NCBI GenBank assembly: GCA_963762255.1
Contig: CAVXKA010000002.1
Coordinates: forward strand, 1,184,001 to 1,248,000
Direction of reading: 5' to 3'
DNA: 64,000 nucleotides
From: Candidatus Eiseniibacteriota bacterium
GTDB taxonomy: Bacteria > Eisenbacteria > RBG-16-71-46 > JABDJR01
Shown here one piece after another: positions 1-9,493 of the stretch (positions are counted from its first letter, which is position 1; every line of letters starts with the position of its first letter). The position numbers were made by a program, and so were the translations under genes. The notes below the pieces were generated by a model. It was not told the origin of the DNA. It searched no databases and saw only the letters and a list, made by a program, of their open reading frames with translations.

Positions 1-263
1 CGGAGCGCTTTGCCGTGAACAATGGCGTCGGCCATCTTGTGGCGGGCTACGTCGATGATTCGGCTGAATGTGGGTCGGGATACGCCCATCTGCTCCGCAG
101 CCGCTTCCTGATACATACGATCGAGATCCGCGAGCCGGACGGCCTCGAACTCGTCGAGGGTCATCACGACCTCGTCGATCTCCAGCATCGGAATCCCGGC
201 GGGCTTGAATACCGAGGCCACCGGGGCTCCGGCTATGCGTCTGCGGCAGAAGGGTCTGGGCAA
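1..263 (-). CDS. DUF134 (UPF0251) family putative DNA-binding regulator, C-terminus runs off the window
   Basis: Not in ORF track. Manual minus-strand translation from TTG at 263 (RBS GAGGTG upstream): MPRPFCRRRIAGAPVASVFKPAGIPMLEIDEVVMTLDEFEAVRLADLDRMYQEAAAEQMGVSRPTFSRIIDVARHKMADAIVHGKALR. The FKP.G, EFEAxRL.D and M.VSR.TF.RI motifs are typical of DUF134. Confidence 0.92.
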   Translation of the reverse strand, partial: MPRPFCRRRIAGAPVASVFKPAGIPMLEIDEVVMTLDEFEAVRLADLDRMYQEAAAEQMGVSRPTFSRIIDVARHKMADAIVHGKAL

Positions 264-281
264 GCGGTCACCTCGGTCCTC

Positions 282-309
282 ATTATGAACATATGATCAC
301 TAATGTCAA
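282..309 (-). promoter_or_regulatory. sigma70-type promoter with embedded palindromic operator (upstream of DUF134 gene)
   Basis: Minus strand TTGACA-ttagtgatcatatgtt-CATAAT (16-bp spacer). Bases 283-302 (TTATGAACATATGATCACTA) match the palindrome TTATGAACATATGTTCATAA at 17/20. Confidence 0.75.
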
Positions 310-363
310 GCCCGGATTCGAGCTTTCGGGCGACCGGCTTCCGAGGTCCGGAGGCCGGCACGT

Positions 364-1302
364 TCAGACCAGCTTCATCTCCATCTCATACTGCGAGGTG
401 AACTTCCGGAACCCGCGACTCTCCAGGAACGCAATCGCTCCCCCGTCCTCATGGGCCACGTTCACGATCCGGACCCGCGGAACGCCTTCGGGGATGTTGG
501 CCAGGAGATGCGCGAGGAGCTGCGTTCCGATCCCGCGCCGGCGCACTTCCCGCCGTATCGTCAGGTTCATGACCCAGTTGAGGAGCGGGTAGTAGACGAT
601 GGTGCCCACGAGCAGATCACGTTCATAGGCGCCGAAGGCCAGCACGTCATCCGGGATGCGCCTGATCGAGGCGACGCTGTTCTCCCACGAGGGCGTCCAA
701 TCGAACTGGTCGGCCAGATCCTCGGTGCGCTCCTTGGGGATCGGACGCACGATACAGTCGAGCACGGGTCGGGTCCGCATCGCCGAGGCAGGGACGCTTG
801 ACGTCTCGCCCGGCGCATCCGCTGCGGCACGATCGAGCTCGAAGCAGTCGAACTCGCGCGTGATGTGAAACCCCGTGTTCCGGTAGGCCTTGATCGCGGG
901 CTCGTTGACCTGCAAGACCTCGAGCAGAAACCGCTCGACTCCCCTCTCCCTCAGCCTGGGCAGCGCGAAGTCGAACATCTTACGGGCCAGCCCTTGGCCG
1001 CGGTGAGCGCGCACGATTCCTGTGGCCGCGTCGAAGGCGGCGGGGGCGTCCTGCCACATGCCCACGCCGGTCAACGAGAAACCCACCAGGTTCTCGCCGT
1101 CGAAAACGCCGACGCTGCACTCGAGATCGACCGCGTTCTTGATCATGCGGTTGCGCAGCCAGACCTCGGCGCGCTGACCCATCTGCAGATAGTAATCCGC
1201 GAACGCCTCGTTGAAGGCGCCTGCTATCCGAGCAAACGGGGTCCCGGTGAGAAAGTCGATTCGAGGGTCCACGCCCCCCTCCTCAGGGGGAGTCTCTATC
1301 AC
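364..1302 (-). CDS. Tandem-domain GNAT family N-acetyltransferase
   Basis: Two acetyl-CoA-binding motifs (HRGQGLAR; VRRRGIGTQLL), each followed by an N..A..Y/F...GF segment. Confidence 0.88.
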   Translation of the reverse strand: MIETPPEEGGVDPRIDFLTGTPFARIAGAFNEAFADYYLQMGQRAEVWLRNRMIKNAVDLECSVGVFDGENLVGFSLTGVGMWQDAPAAFDAATGIVRAHRGQGLARKMFDFALPRLRERGVERFLLEVLQVNEPAIKAYRNTGFHITREFDCFELDRAAADAPGETSSVPASAMRTRPVLDCIVRPIPKERTEDLADQFDWTPSWENSVASIRRIPDDVLAFGAYERDLLVGTIVYYPLLNWVMNLTIRREVRRRGIGTQLLAHLLANIPEGVPRVRIVNVAHEDGGAIAFLESRGFRKFTSQYEMEMKLV

Positions 1303-2386
1303 ACCCCGGCCCCCCGCCGAGAAGTGAGCGTCCGGCGGCCTGCCCAGCGCGTGCGCTTACGGTTTCGTCGCGGAGGGTCCGCCGCTCGTGGCGGCGCAAC
1401 GCCGCGTCAACGAGTTGGCGCGTGAATCCCTCATGGCCGGCCGGGTCGTTGGCCAGGCACAGGTCCGCGCTTCCCGCATCGGCGGCCGGGTAGTAGACGC
1501 CGCAGTTGGGGTTGATCTCCAGCATGTAGGGCGTCCCTTGCCGATCCACGCGCAGATCGCAGCGGCCGAAACTCGCGCCCTTGAGCGCGGTGAAGAACCG
1601 CGCGGAGACATCGCGAAGCCTGGCGTCAAGAAGCGGGTCGGCGACCGGGAACGCCGCCATCTTGCTGTAGTCCACCCATTTCATCCGCGAGTGCTTGAAG
1701 CTCTCCCCCTCCGGAAACCGATACTGCATGGGGGTGTAGGTCGTCGGCTTCGCGGGGTCGTCGGGGTTCTCGGCGACGAGCACGGTGCACTCCGTCCCGT
1801 CGATGTACTCCTCGATGAGCGCCGTCCCGAAGCGGGACATGATCTTGCGCGCCTGGCGCCGGAGGCCGGCGGGTGTGCAGGCGCGGGAGTAGCGACTGAG
1901 CGCTACGCTCGAGTAGCTGCTGTAGTGCTTGACGAAGAGGGGGAAACGCAGCGAGGCCTCGGCGCGCGCCACGTCGGACTCGTCGCGGGCGAAGACGTAG
2001 GCGGGGGTCGCGATGCCCTCGTCGCGGCAAGCCTGCTTCATCATCTCGCGGGTCGGCTCGTAGAACACCGAGGTGGCGCCGGTGAAAGGGACGCCGTGCT
2101 CCTCCAGGGTCTGCACGACCTCGATCCCCGGAGTGGTCTGATCCGCCGCGCCGTCGCAGAGGTTGAAGAAGAGATCGAACCCCTCCCCGATCAACCGGGT
2201 CACATCCGCGACCGATGTCCACTTGTCCTTGAGGGTGGCCACATGCCATGTCGCCTCCGGAAAGTACGGACGCGGGTCGCAGGGCCAGTCGTCTTTGGGA
2301 AACGGGTCGGCCTCGAGATTCTGATTCGTCAGCAGGCAGATGCGCATCGGGCGGGAGATTACCCGGTCCTCAGGGGACGTGTCCAT
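1283..2386 (-). CDS. D-Ala-D-Ala ligase-like ATP-grasp amide ligase (start may be MRICLL at 2347)
   Basis: FFNLCDG, GVPFTGA, FPLFVK, LIEEYIDGTE, GRCDLRV and LEINPNCG ATP-grasp motifs. Confidence 0.85.
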   Translation of the reverse strand: MDTSPEDRVISRPMRICLLTNQNLEADPFPKDDWPCDPRPYFPEATWHVATLKDKWTSVADVTRLIGEGFDLFFNLCDGAADQTTPGIEVVQTLEEHGVPFTGATSVFYEPTREMMKQACRDEGIATPAYVFARDESDVARAEASLRFPLFVKHYSSYSSVALSRYSRACTPAGLRRQARKIMSRFGTALIEEYIDGTECTVLVAENPDDPAKPTTYTPMQYRFPEGESFKHSRMKWVDYSKMAAFPVADPLLDARLRDVSARFFTALKGASFGRCDLRVDRQGTPYMLEINPNCGVYYPAADAGSADLCLANDPAGHEGFTRQLVDAALRRHERRTLRDETVSARAGQAAGRSLLGGGPGCDRDSP

Positions 2387-2481
2387 GGCAGGGCCGTGCA
2401 GGATTGCATGTCGTGTCCCCGGGCTCGCCCAATCCGGTTTTCCTCGAATCCGGCGGGATCGTGTAGAATGCCGACCACCCC

Positions 2482-5433
2482 ATGAACGATCGACACGACG
2501 ACCACACCAGCCATCTGTTCGCGCCGGTCCCTGGAGCCCGGGTCGGCGCCTATGTCATCCGCGAACCGATCGGGGCCGGTGGCATGGGGGAGGTCCACCT
2601 CGCCGAGGACGTGAACCTCGGCCGGAAGGCCGCACTCAAGTTCCTTCCCCTCCCATTGGCGGGAAACGCGGAGTTCCGCGCGCGCTTCCTGCGTGAGGCG
2701 CGGTCGGCGGCCGCGCTCAGCCATCCGAACATCGTGCACATCTACGAGGTCGGTGAGTTCGCGGGGCGCCCGTTCATCGCCATGGAACACGTGGACGGCG
2801 CCACGCTACGCGAGCACGTGCCGGCCGGCGGCATGCCCGCCGCGACCGCCCTTCGCATCATCATTCCGCTTGCGGAGGCGCTCGCCGAGGCGCACGCCGC
2901 CGGGATCATCCACCGCGACATCAAGCCGAGCAACATCGTCATGGACCGCGGGGGTCGCCCCAAACTTCTCGACTTCGGGCTGGCCGCTCTGACCGGTGGG
3001 GAACGGGTCACGCAGATCGGGTCGACGCTGGGTACCGTGGGGTACATGGCCCCCGAGCAGATCAAGGGCCAGGCCCCCGAGCCCCGATCGGATCTCTTCT
3101 CCCTCGGTGTCATGCTCTACGAACTTCTCACCGGCCGGCCGCCCTTCCGCGGCGAGAACGAGGCGGCCACGCTTCACGCCGTCCTGAGCCTGGAGCCTGA
3201 GCCGCTGGCGCCGGCCCGGCCCGACGCTTCTCCCGCGCTGGAGTCCATCGTCGCGCGGCTCCTGGCCAAGGATCCGGCCGGGCGCCCCGCGAGCGCGAAG
3301 GAACTGCACCGGGAACTCCTCGAGGAACTTCGCCGGCTGGAAGGGAGCGAGGTGGGCTCCGCAATCGCGATGAGCACGCTCCGGCCGGCGGCGACGACGC
3401 GGAGACGATGGCGTCTCCTGGTCCCGACCGCAGCGGCGGCGGCTGTGATCGCGTTGCTGTTCTTCAGCCCGTGGTCGTCGCGCGAGACATCGGTCGTACC
3501 CACCGCGCAGGCCGGGGAAAACCGTCTCGTCGTCCTCTACTTCGACAACATCGCCGATCCGGAGGACCAGCAGCGGTTGGGCGAGATCGTGCCGAGCCTT
3601 CTCATCTCGGATCTCTCGGAGTCTTCGTCCCTCCAGGTCGTTTCCACGCAGCGGCTCTACGACATTCTCAAGAACCTCGGCAAGGAAGGGATGAAGCGTA
3701 TCGACGGGAGTGTGGCCACGCGGATCGCCGAGAAGGCGACCGCCAAGTGGATGCTCACCGGTAAGGTACTTCAGGGGGATCCCGAGATCGTGCTCACCGC
3801 CGAGTTGGTGGAGACATCCTCCGGCAACGTGGTGGCATCGGAGCGTATCTCGGGGCAGCCCGGCGAGAAGATCTTCAGCGTGGTGGGCCGACTGGGGGAA
3901 CTCCTCCGCGAGGACCTGGCGCTCCCTGCCGCGCCGCAAGGCGCGCCGGGTCTCCCGAACGCCGTCACCGTGACCCAGAGCGCCGACGCCTATCGACTCT
4001 GGATCGAGGGCGTGGAGAGCACGCGGAAGCTCTTCCACGAAGAAGCCCGGGCCAAGTTCCTGGAAGCGGTGGCCCTCGACTCGACCTTCGCCCTGCCCTA
4101 CCTGCATCTCTCCATCCTGGCCAGGAATTCCGAGGAGGAGAAAACCTACGCCCAGAAGGCGGTGCGATTCGGGACCGGACTCGGATGGCGGGATCGACTC
4201 TATATCGAGGCGCAGGCTAGAGCTGCCAACAACGACCCGGAGGGGGCGGTCGCCGCGCTCCGGAGCGTCGTCGAACGGGATCCGGAAGACAAGGAGGCCT
4301 GGTACGCCCTCGCCCAAGCCTATCGCAGCATGCAGCGCTCGAGCGACACGGTGACCGCGCTCAATCGGGTCATCGCCATCGACCCCTCGTACAAGCTCGC
4401 CCACAACCTTCTCGCCTACCAGTACGAGGCGTTGGGGGACGCTGACAATTCTCTCAAGGCAATCGAGGAATACATCCGGCTCGTGCCCGACGAACCTAAT
4501 CCGTACGACAGTCAGGGCGACCTGTATGCGTACGCCGGAAGGCTGGAAGAGGCCGCCAATTCCTATCGAAAGGCGCTGGAGGTCAAGCCCGACTTCTATC
4601 TGTCGAGGCTGAAGCTCATGGAGGTGTGCCTGTATCTGGGGGACGAGGCGGGAGCGCGTGCCGCGCTGCGCGTCCTTGAGGCTGATCCCCGGCCGGAGGT
4701 GAAGCAGGATCTCCCCTGGCATAGGGCGTTCATCGCCGGGTACCGGGGGCACCTGAACGAGTACATGCGCGTGCTGCTGGCCGATGCGGCGGACGACCGG
4801 GACACCGCGCTTGAGGGCACGGATTCCAAGCTCGCCGAAACGGCCTGGGTGCTCGTCGCGCTGGGACGCGCCGAGGAGGCCCTTCCGATCCTCGATCGCG
4901 CGAGGTCCATCGCCGGTCCCGACGATTTCTACGCGTTCGAGGTATCCGCGGTCGCGATGGCCCACCTGGGTCGATTCGAGGAGGCCGATGCCATGGCGAG
5001 CTGGCTCGCCACGAAGGCCGCGGGACGTCCGGGTTGGCCCGCCGCCTCGCTATGGAGCGCGCGCGGCGAGATCGCCCTGGCCCGAGGGGATCAGGCCGAA
5101 GCGCTGGCCGCCTTCAAGAAGCTGAGCGAATCCCTCGTCGAGTTCTACACCCTGGACCGGCTCGGCCGCGCGTACCTCGATGCCGGGGAGTATGGACTTG
5201 CGGTGCCGGTCCTCGAGAGGGCGGTGCGCCGCTACGACGCGTCACGCCGGAGTCTTCCCCAGGCCGTGCTGGTGCACTACGATCTCGGCCGGGCATACGA
5301 GGCTGCGGGACGGCACGCCGACGCTCTCGCGCAGTACCGGACGTTCTTGGGCATATGGAGCGACCCCGATCCCGGCCTTACATGGGTCGCCGATGCGAAG
5401 GAGCGTCTGGCTCGGCTGGAACGCCAAACCTGA
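2482..5433 (+). CDS. Membrane-anchored Hanks-type Ser/Thr protein kinase with TolB-like/TPR extracytoplasmic region
   Basis: GAGGMGEV, ALK, HRDIKPSN, DFG and YMAPEQ motifs; a TM segment (LLVPTAAAAAVIALLFF); then a VVLYFDN module and multiple TPRs. Confidence 0.93.
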   Translation: MNDRHDDHTSHLFAPVPGARVGAYVIREPIGAGGMGEVHLAEDVNLGRKAALKFLPLPLAGNAEFRARFLREARSAAALSHPNIVHIYEVGEFAGRPFIAMEHVDGATLREHVPAGGMPAATALRIIIPLAEALAEAHAAGIIHRDIKPSNIVMDRGGRPKLLDFGLAALTGGERVTQIGSTLGTVGYMAPEQIKGQAPEPRSDLFSLGVMLYELLTGRPPFRGENEAATLHAVLSLEPEPLAPARPDASPALESIVARLLAKDPAGRPASAKELHRELLEELRRLEGSEVGSAIAMSTLRPAATTRRRWRLLVPTAAAAAVIALLFFSPWSSRETSVVPTAQAGENRLVVLYFDNIADPEDQQRLGEIVPSLLISDLSESSSLQVVSTQRLYDILKNLGKEGMKRIDGSVATRIAEKATAKWMLTGKVLQGDPEIVLTAELVETSSGNVVASERISGQPGEKIFSVVGRLGELLREDLALPAAPQGAPGLPNAVTVTQSADAYRLWIEGVESTRKLFHEEARAKFLEAVALDSTFALPYLHLSILARNSEEEKTYAQKAVRFGTGLGWRDRLYIEAQARAANNDPEGAVAALRSVVERDPEDKEAWYALAQAYRSMQRSSDTVTALNRVIAIDPSYKLAHNLLAYQYEALGDADNSLKAIEEYIRLVPDEPNPYDSQGDLYAYAGRLEEAANSYRKALEVKPDFYLSRLKLMEVCLYLGDEAGARAALRVLEADPRPEVKQDLPWHRAFIAGYRGHLNEYMRVLLADAADDRDTALEGTDSKLAETAWVLVALGRAEEALPILDRARSIAGPDDFYAFEVSAVAMAHLGRFEEADAMASWLATKAAGRPGWPAASLWSARGEIALARGDQAEALAAFKKLSESLVEFYTLDRLGRAYLDAGEYGLAVPVLERAVRRYDASRRSLPQAVLVHYDLGRAYEAAGRHADALAQYRTFLGIWSDPDPGLTWVADAKERLARLERQT

Positions 5434-5500
5434 GACAGTTCGTGTGCATCGCCGACCGAGTGCTCGGCAGATTGCTCTCTCTTTTTCCTGGAGGTGAACC

Positions 5501-6121
5501 ATGCGTTGCTCGGCTCTGTGCTTGCGGTCGTTCCTGATCTCAATTCTTGGCCTCGCGGTTCTGGCCGGGGCCGCGGCCGCCGGTCAGCCCCGTACCCACG
5601 ACGGGTTCCTTCTGCGCCTCTCCGCCGGCGCGGGCGGAGCGAAGACCTCCGAGGACTACGCGAATTCGTCGCTGGAAATCTCGGGTGCCGCTGGAGATGT
5701 GAACTTCGCCATCGGCGGGATGGTCGCCCCCAACTTTGCGATCCATGGAACCCTCTTCGGCTGGTCCCTGACCGAGCCCGAGGTCGAACTCACCGGCCAT
5801 GGCTCGGGCGAGCTCAACGGCGATCTCAGCATGTCGGCCATCGGGGCGGGCTTCACTTACTACTTCATGCCCGCCAACCTCTACATCTCCCCTTCCGTGG
5901 GAGTGGGAACGCTGACCATGGATATCGACACCTTGGGGGACTTCGAGAGCGACCCGGGCCTGGCGCTGGACTTCACCCTGGGCAAGGAGTGGTGGGTGAG
6001 CAGTTCCTGGGGGCTGGGAGTGGCGGGAGCCGTCGGCTATCACTCCATTCCCGATAAGGGCACCGACGAGAAGATCACCGGAAGCAACGTCGCGATCCGG
6101 TTCTCCGCAACCTTCAACTGA
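5501..6121 (+). CDS. Small outer-membrane beta-barrel protein
   Basis: Signal peptide, alternating Gly/aromatic beta-strands (GAGFTYYF, LGKEWWV), C-terminal ATFN. Confidence 0.75.
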   Translation: MRCSALCLRSFLISILGLAVLAGAAAAGQPRTHDGFLLRLSAGAGGAKTSEDYANSSLEISGAAGDVNFAIGGMVAPNFAIHGTLFGWSLTEPEVELTGHGSGELNGDLSMSAIGAGFTYYFMPANLYISPSVGVGTLTMDIDTLGDFESDPGLALDFTLGKEWWVSSSWGLGVAGAVGYHSIPDKGTDEKITGSNVAIRFSATFN

Positions 6122-6389
6122 GGTTGGTGAGGAGGCGGACTACCGCCCTGACTCGATATGGGCGATCGCCTCATCGATCAGCCGCGCCAGCCGCCCGTCC
6201 TGCTCGGTCGTCAGTAGCGTGCCGCGGATACCCCGGCGGGCAAGGTGCTGAACGTCAGATGGGCATCGGGGTAGAGCGGTCCTGGCACATGCTGGGGTGA
6301 ACTGCCCCGAAACCCAAGTGCCAGGAGCCCTATCCGGGCATGATTTGAGATGTTCCTAACGGACAATCCGTCTTCGTCCGAAAACAAGC

Positions 6390-7694
6390 GTGATGCTGCA
6401 ACTCGAAAGAACCCCGACTATTGTTGAGCCGGGTGGAGATGTCCTGCCCGAACAGCTGCGGGTTTTGCCCTCCTCCGAGCCGGATCACATCCTCATCGTC
6501 GATGATGACGAACAAGTCCGAGAGGTCCTGGCCAGTATGCTCTCGGAACTCGGGTTCTCCGTCTCCACGGCCACGGATGGAGAGCAGGCCTGGGGCCTCA
6601 TCCAGAGAGAACAGACCCGCCTCGTCCTTACGGACTGGGACATGCCGAAGCTCAATGGACTCGGCCTCCTGCGCCGTATCCGGGCGACGCCGGATGGAGA
6701 GAGTGTTTACGTGATCATTCTGACCGGCCGCGGGAATGACCGCGATCTGGTGGTAGGCCTGGACGCGGGCGCCGACGACTTTCTTGCAAAACCATTCGAT
6801 GCGGAAGAACTGAGGGTACGCATCCAAGCCGGGAAGCGCATCGTCCATATGCAGCAGCGACTCTTGGAGCAGAACCAGAGACTCGAGCAGGACCTCACGG
6901 CAGCCTCGAACCTGCAGCGGGCCCTGCTTCCGCTGGATGCACCCAAGCTGGGAGAGTATCGCTTCGCCTGGCGGTTCAAGCCGTGCGCGCATGTATCCGG
7001 GGACATGTTGAACGTTTTTCGGCTCGACGAACACCGAATCGGCTTCTTCATTCTTGACGTTTCCGGGCACGGGGCGGCCGCGGCCATGTTGGCGGTCACC
7101 GTGTCTCGCCTCCTGATTCCGGTGCCGGGGCAAAGCACTCTGGTGAAGCGCAAGCTTCCGATCGCGCCCTACTACGAGGTGGCGACCCCTATGAGCGTCG
7201 TGTCATCTCTGCGAGCGCGTTTCACGGAGACCGAGCGCACCGGCCTCTTCTTTACCCTGGTCTATGGCATTCTGGATGTCGCACTTGGAGAGGTCACCTG
7301 GGCTTCGGCGGGGCACGAACCCCCGATACTGACTCGTCGGGACTCCGTGCGGATCTTGAATGACCAGAAGAGCGGAGCGCTCATCGGTCCTGACTTCCAC
7401 ATCCCGGACCCTGTCCAGTCAAACCGACTTCTGCTCCAACCCGGGGAGCGGCTGTGGCTGTACTCCGATGGGATCATCGACGCCCAATCCCCGGATGGTT
7501 CGTACTTCTCTACGTCGCTTCTCGCCCGCGCTCTCGGAGATGCACACGAATCCCCTCTCGACAGCTCGATGGACTCTGTCCTTCGAACGGCTACGGGATT
7601 GAACTGCACCGAGCTTCAGGACGACGTGACCCTATTGGTGTTGGAGCGCGAGCTTGGATCGCGCTCTGAGACTTCGGACTCGTCCGTCAGCTGA
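6390..7694 (+). CDS. Response regulator receiver + PP2C/SpoIIE (RsbU-like) phosphatase
   Basis: REC motifs ILIVDDD, TDWDMP, GADDFLAKPF; a coiled coil; PP2C motifs VSGD, DVSGHG, YSDG, DDVT. Start uncertain. Confidence 0.9.
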   Translation: MMLQLERTPTIVEPGGDVLPEQLRVLPSSEPDHILIVDDDEQVREVLASMLSELGFSVSTATDGEQAWGLIQREQTRLVLTDWDMPKLNGLGLLRRIRATPDGESVYVIILTGRGNDRDLVVGLDAGADDFLAKPFDAEELRVRIQAGKRIVHMQQRLLEQNQRLEQDLTAASNLQRALLPLDAPKLGEYRFAWRFKPCAHVSGDMLNVFRLDEHRIGFFILDVSGHGAAAAMLAVTVSRLLIPVPGQSTLVKRKLPIAPYYEVATPMSVVSSLRARFTETERTGLFFTLVYGILDVALGEVTWASAGHEPPILTRRDSVRILNDQKSGALIGPDFHIPDPVQSNRLLLQPGERLWLYSDGIIDAQSPDGSYFSTSLLARALGDAHESPLDSSMDSVLRTATGLNCTELQDDVTLLVLERELGSRSETSDSSVS

Positions 7695-7744
7695 GTGCCC
7701 GGAGACGCTGAGTCCTCGGCACCGCGTCAGCTAATCCTGTCGCC

Positions 7745-9220
7745 TCAGGACCGGAGGCTGCGCCCCGGCGGAAGATCCGCCAACAGAACGGCGAGCACGT
7801 CCGCGGCGCTGTATTCCGGGTGTTCCGGGGTGCAGAATCGGTGGATCGACGTCACGTCGTCCCCGAGGGTGAGCAGACACGGCTCCACGCCCCCGTTGCG
7901 GCTCTGGGGAAACCCGATGTTGGCGAGTAGCGCGTTGCAGAGACATCGACGCCCCACGGTGTTCTCGATCGCTCCGCCCTTGGCCGTGTACGCGCTAGCC
8001 GGTTCGGCCGGACACCGGTAGCCGACTTCGTGATCCTCCCGCTCGTACGCCTCGCGCAAGAACCCGAGATCGCAGACTCGCGTGCGCTCATCGTACACCG
8101 TCGGGTCGGACAGAGTCCCCGGGTGTCGGGCGACCTTGAAAGGGAATCCGGTCGGCGACGCGGCCGGATCGGTGAAGATGGTGAGGGATCCGTCGAGGGC
8201 GGCACGAACCAGCGCATTTCTCACGTCGGGCTCCAGCCCGGAATCCACGCTCAGCGCAAATGCGGTGCCGACCTGGATCCCGGCGGCCCCGCGAGCGAGC
8301 GCTTCTCGCAGCCGCTCCGGCGATCCGTAGGATCCGGCCAGCCAGTATGGAAGTCCCAACTCACCGATCCTGTCGAGATCCACGAGGTCGCGCGGGCCGT
8401 ACACCGGCTCGCCCGATTCTGCGAGCATCGGCGCGCCTCGTGGCGGCGCGTTGTGCCCGCCGGCCTGCGGTCCCTCGACGATGAACCCATCAATCTTCCC
8501 GTTTGCCCTGGCGAGCATCATGGAAGCGAGCGCATTCGACGAAACGATGGGTAGGAAACGCGGGCGACGAAGACGACCCACTTCGACCCCGTCTTCGATG
8601 AACTCGCGGGGATCGAAGGTCATCCGACAATTCCGTCCCGATGGCGCGCCGGTCACTCGGAGCGGATAGTCCGCCGGCAGCAGCTCGGCGAACGAGTCGA
8701 GGACACGCGGCACCTCCAGCGGGATTCCGGCACCCATGATGACCACCGAGACTCCGGCAAGCATGGCGCCGAACAGCGAGGGAAGGTGAGGAAGCGAGAC
8801 CTTCTCGAGGTAGTTGATCCCTACCGGATTCCCGTGCCCCTCGCGGGCCAGGAACACCTCGACGAAGTTTCCGGCGATGCACAGTTCTTGCGCCCGACGG
8901 CGATCCACCAGGGTATGCATCCCGCCCGACCGGTAGCGCCTACCCGGAGCCCGGCCCCCGGGGAGGAGGAACGTATCCAGAACTCGTTTCCTCATTGCCG
9001 GGAAAGGAAAGTGCTCCAGCGCGCGCCGGACGTTTCCCAGGACGTCGCCATCTTGAAGGCGACGGGCAAGGATGATGTCCAGCCCTGCGCCCGAGACCAC
9101 GCCAAGCTGGCCAAGCGCGGACACCGCGCGGGCTAGCCGCCAGTTGGATACCCCGACGCCCATGCCACCCTGGATGACGAGGGGAAGAGAATCGTTCATG
9201 GAGAGGATCGTATCCTGCAT
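7745..9220 (-). CDS. Nitronate monooxygenase / FabK-like FMN-dependent oxidoreductase with C-terminal Cys cluster
   Basis: IQGGMGVGVS, GAGIP, EGPQAGGHN, GIQVGTAF, SPTGFPFK; C-terminal CDLG..RCP..CLCN. Confidence 0.85.
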   Translation of the reverse strand: MQDTILSMNDSLPLVIQGGMGVGVSNWRLARAVSALGQLGVVSGAGLDIILARRLQDGDVLGNVRRALEHFPFPAMRKRVLDTFLLPGGRAPGRRYRSGGMHTLVDRRRAQELCIAGNFVEVFLAREGHGNPVGINYLEKVSLPHLPSLFGAMLAGVSVVIMGAGIPLEVPRVLDSFAELLPADYPLRVTGAPSGRNCRMTFDPREFIEDGVEVGRLRRPRFLPIVSSNALASMMLARANGKIDGFIVEGPQAGGHNAPPRGAPMLAESGEPVYGPRDLVDLDRIGELGLPYWLAGSYGSPERLREALARGAAGIQVGTAFALSVDSGLEPDVRNALVRAALDGSLTIFTDPAASPTGFPFKVARHPGTLSDPTVYDERTRVCDLGFLREAYEREDHEVGYRCPAEPASAYTAKGGAIENTVGRRCLCNALLANIGFPQSRNGGVEPCLLTLGDDVTSIHRFCTPEHPEYSAADVLAVLLADLPPGRSLRS

Positions 9221-9389
9221 TCCGCTCTCCGGCCACCATGAGGGGCCCCCTCAAGCCCGCTGGATGCCCGGAGTTTATTGCCCCCCTTTCGGCACCGATC
9301 TCGAGTCGGGAGAGGCCACCCATCGAGGGCCACGGTGAACACCCCGTCGGAGATGCCTCCACCAAACCCGGGGGGAACGCATTGCGCCC

Positions 9390-9417
9390 TTGACACTAAT
9401 GAACGTATGCTCATAAT
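9390..9417 (+). promoter_or_regulatory. sigma70-type promoter with the same embedded palindromic operator as 282-309
   Basis: TTGACA-ctaatgaacgtatgct-CATAAT (16-bp spacer). Bases 9397-9416 (TAATGAACGTATGCTCATAA) match TTATGAACATATGTTCATAA at 17/20. Confidence 0.75.
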
Positions 9418-9493
9418 TGACCCAGGAAAGAGGGATTGTCAACGTGCCAGAGGTGCGATCCGAACCGCCCTATGCGGGTGAGATCCGAAACCA

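Noticed and set aside
15-296. 93-aa plus-strand ORF
   Set aside because: Antisense shadow of the DUF134 gene, which has clear family motifs.
6140-6260. Minus-strand peptide ending ...LARLIDEAIAHIESGR as a gene remnant
   Set aside because: No convincing start, RBS or recognisable family.
6283-6323. TGGCAC on both strands as sigma54 sites
   Set aside because: No TTGC at the -12 position; they are arms of an inverted repeat.
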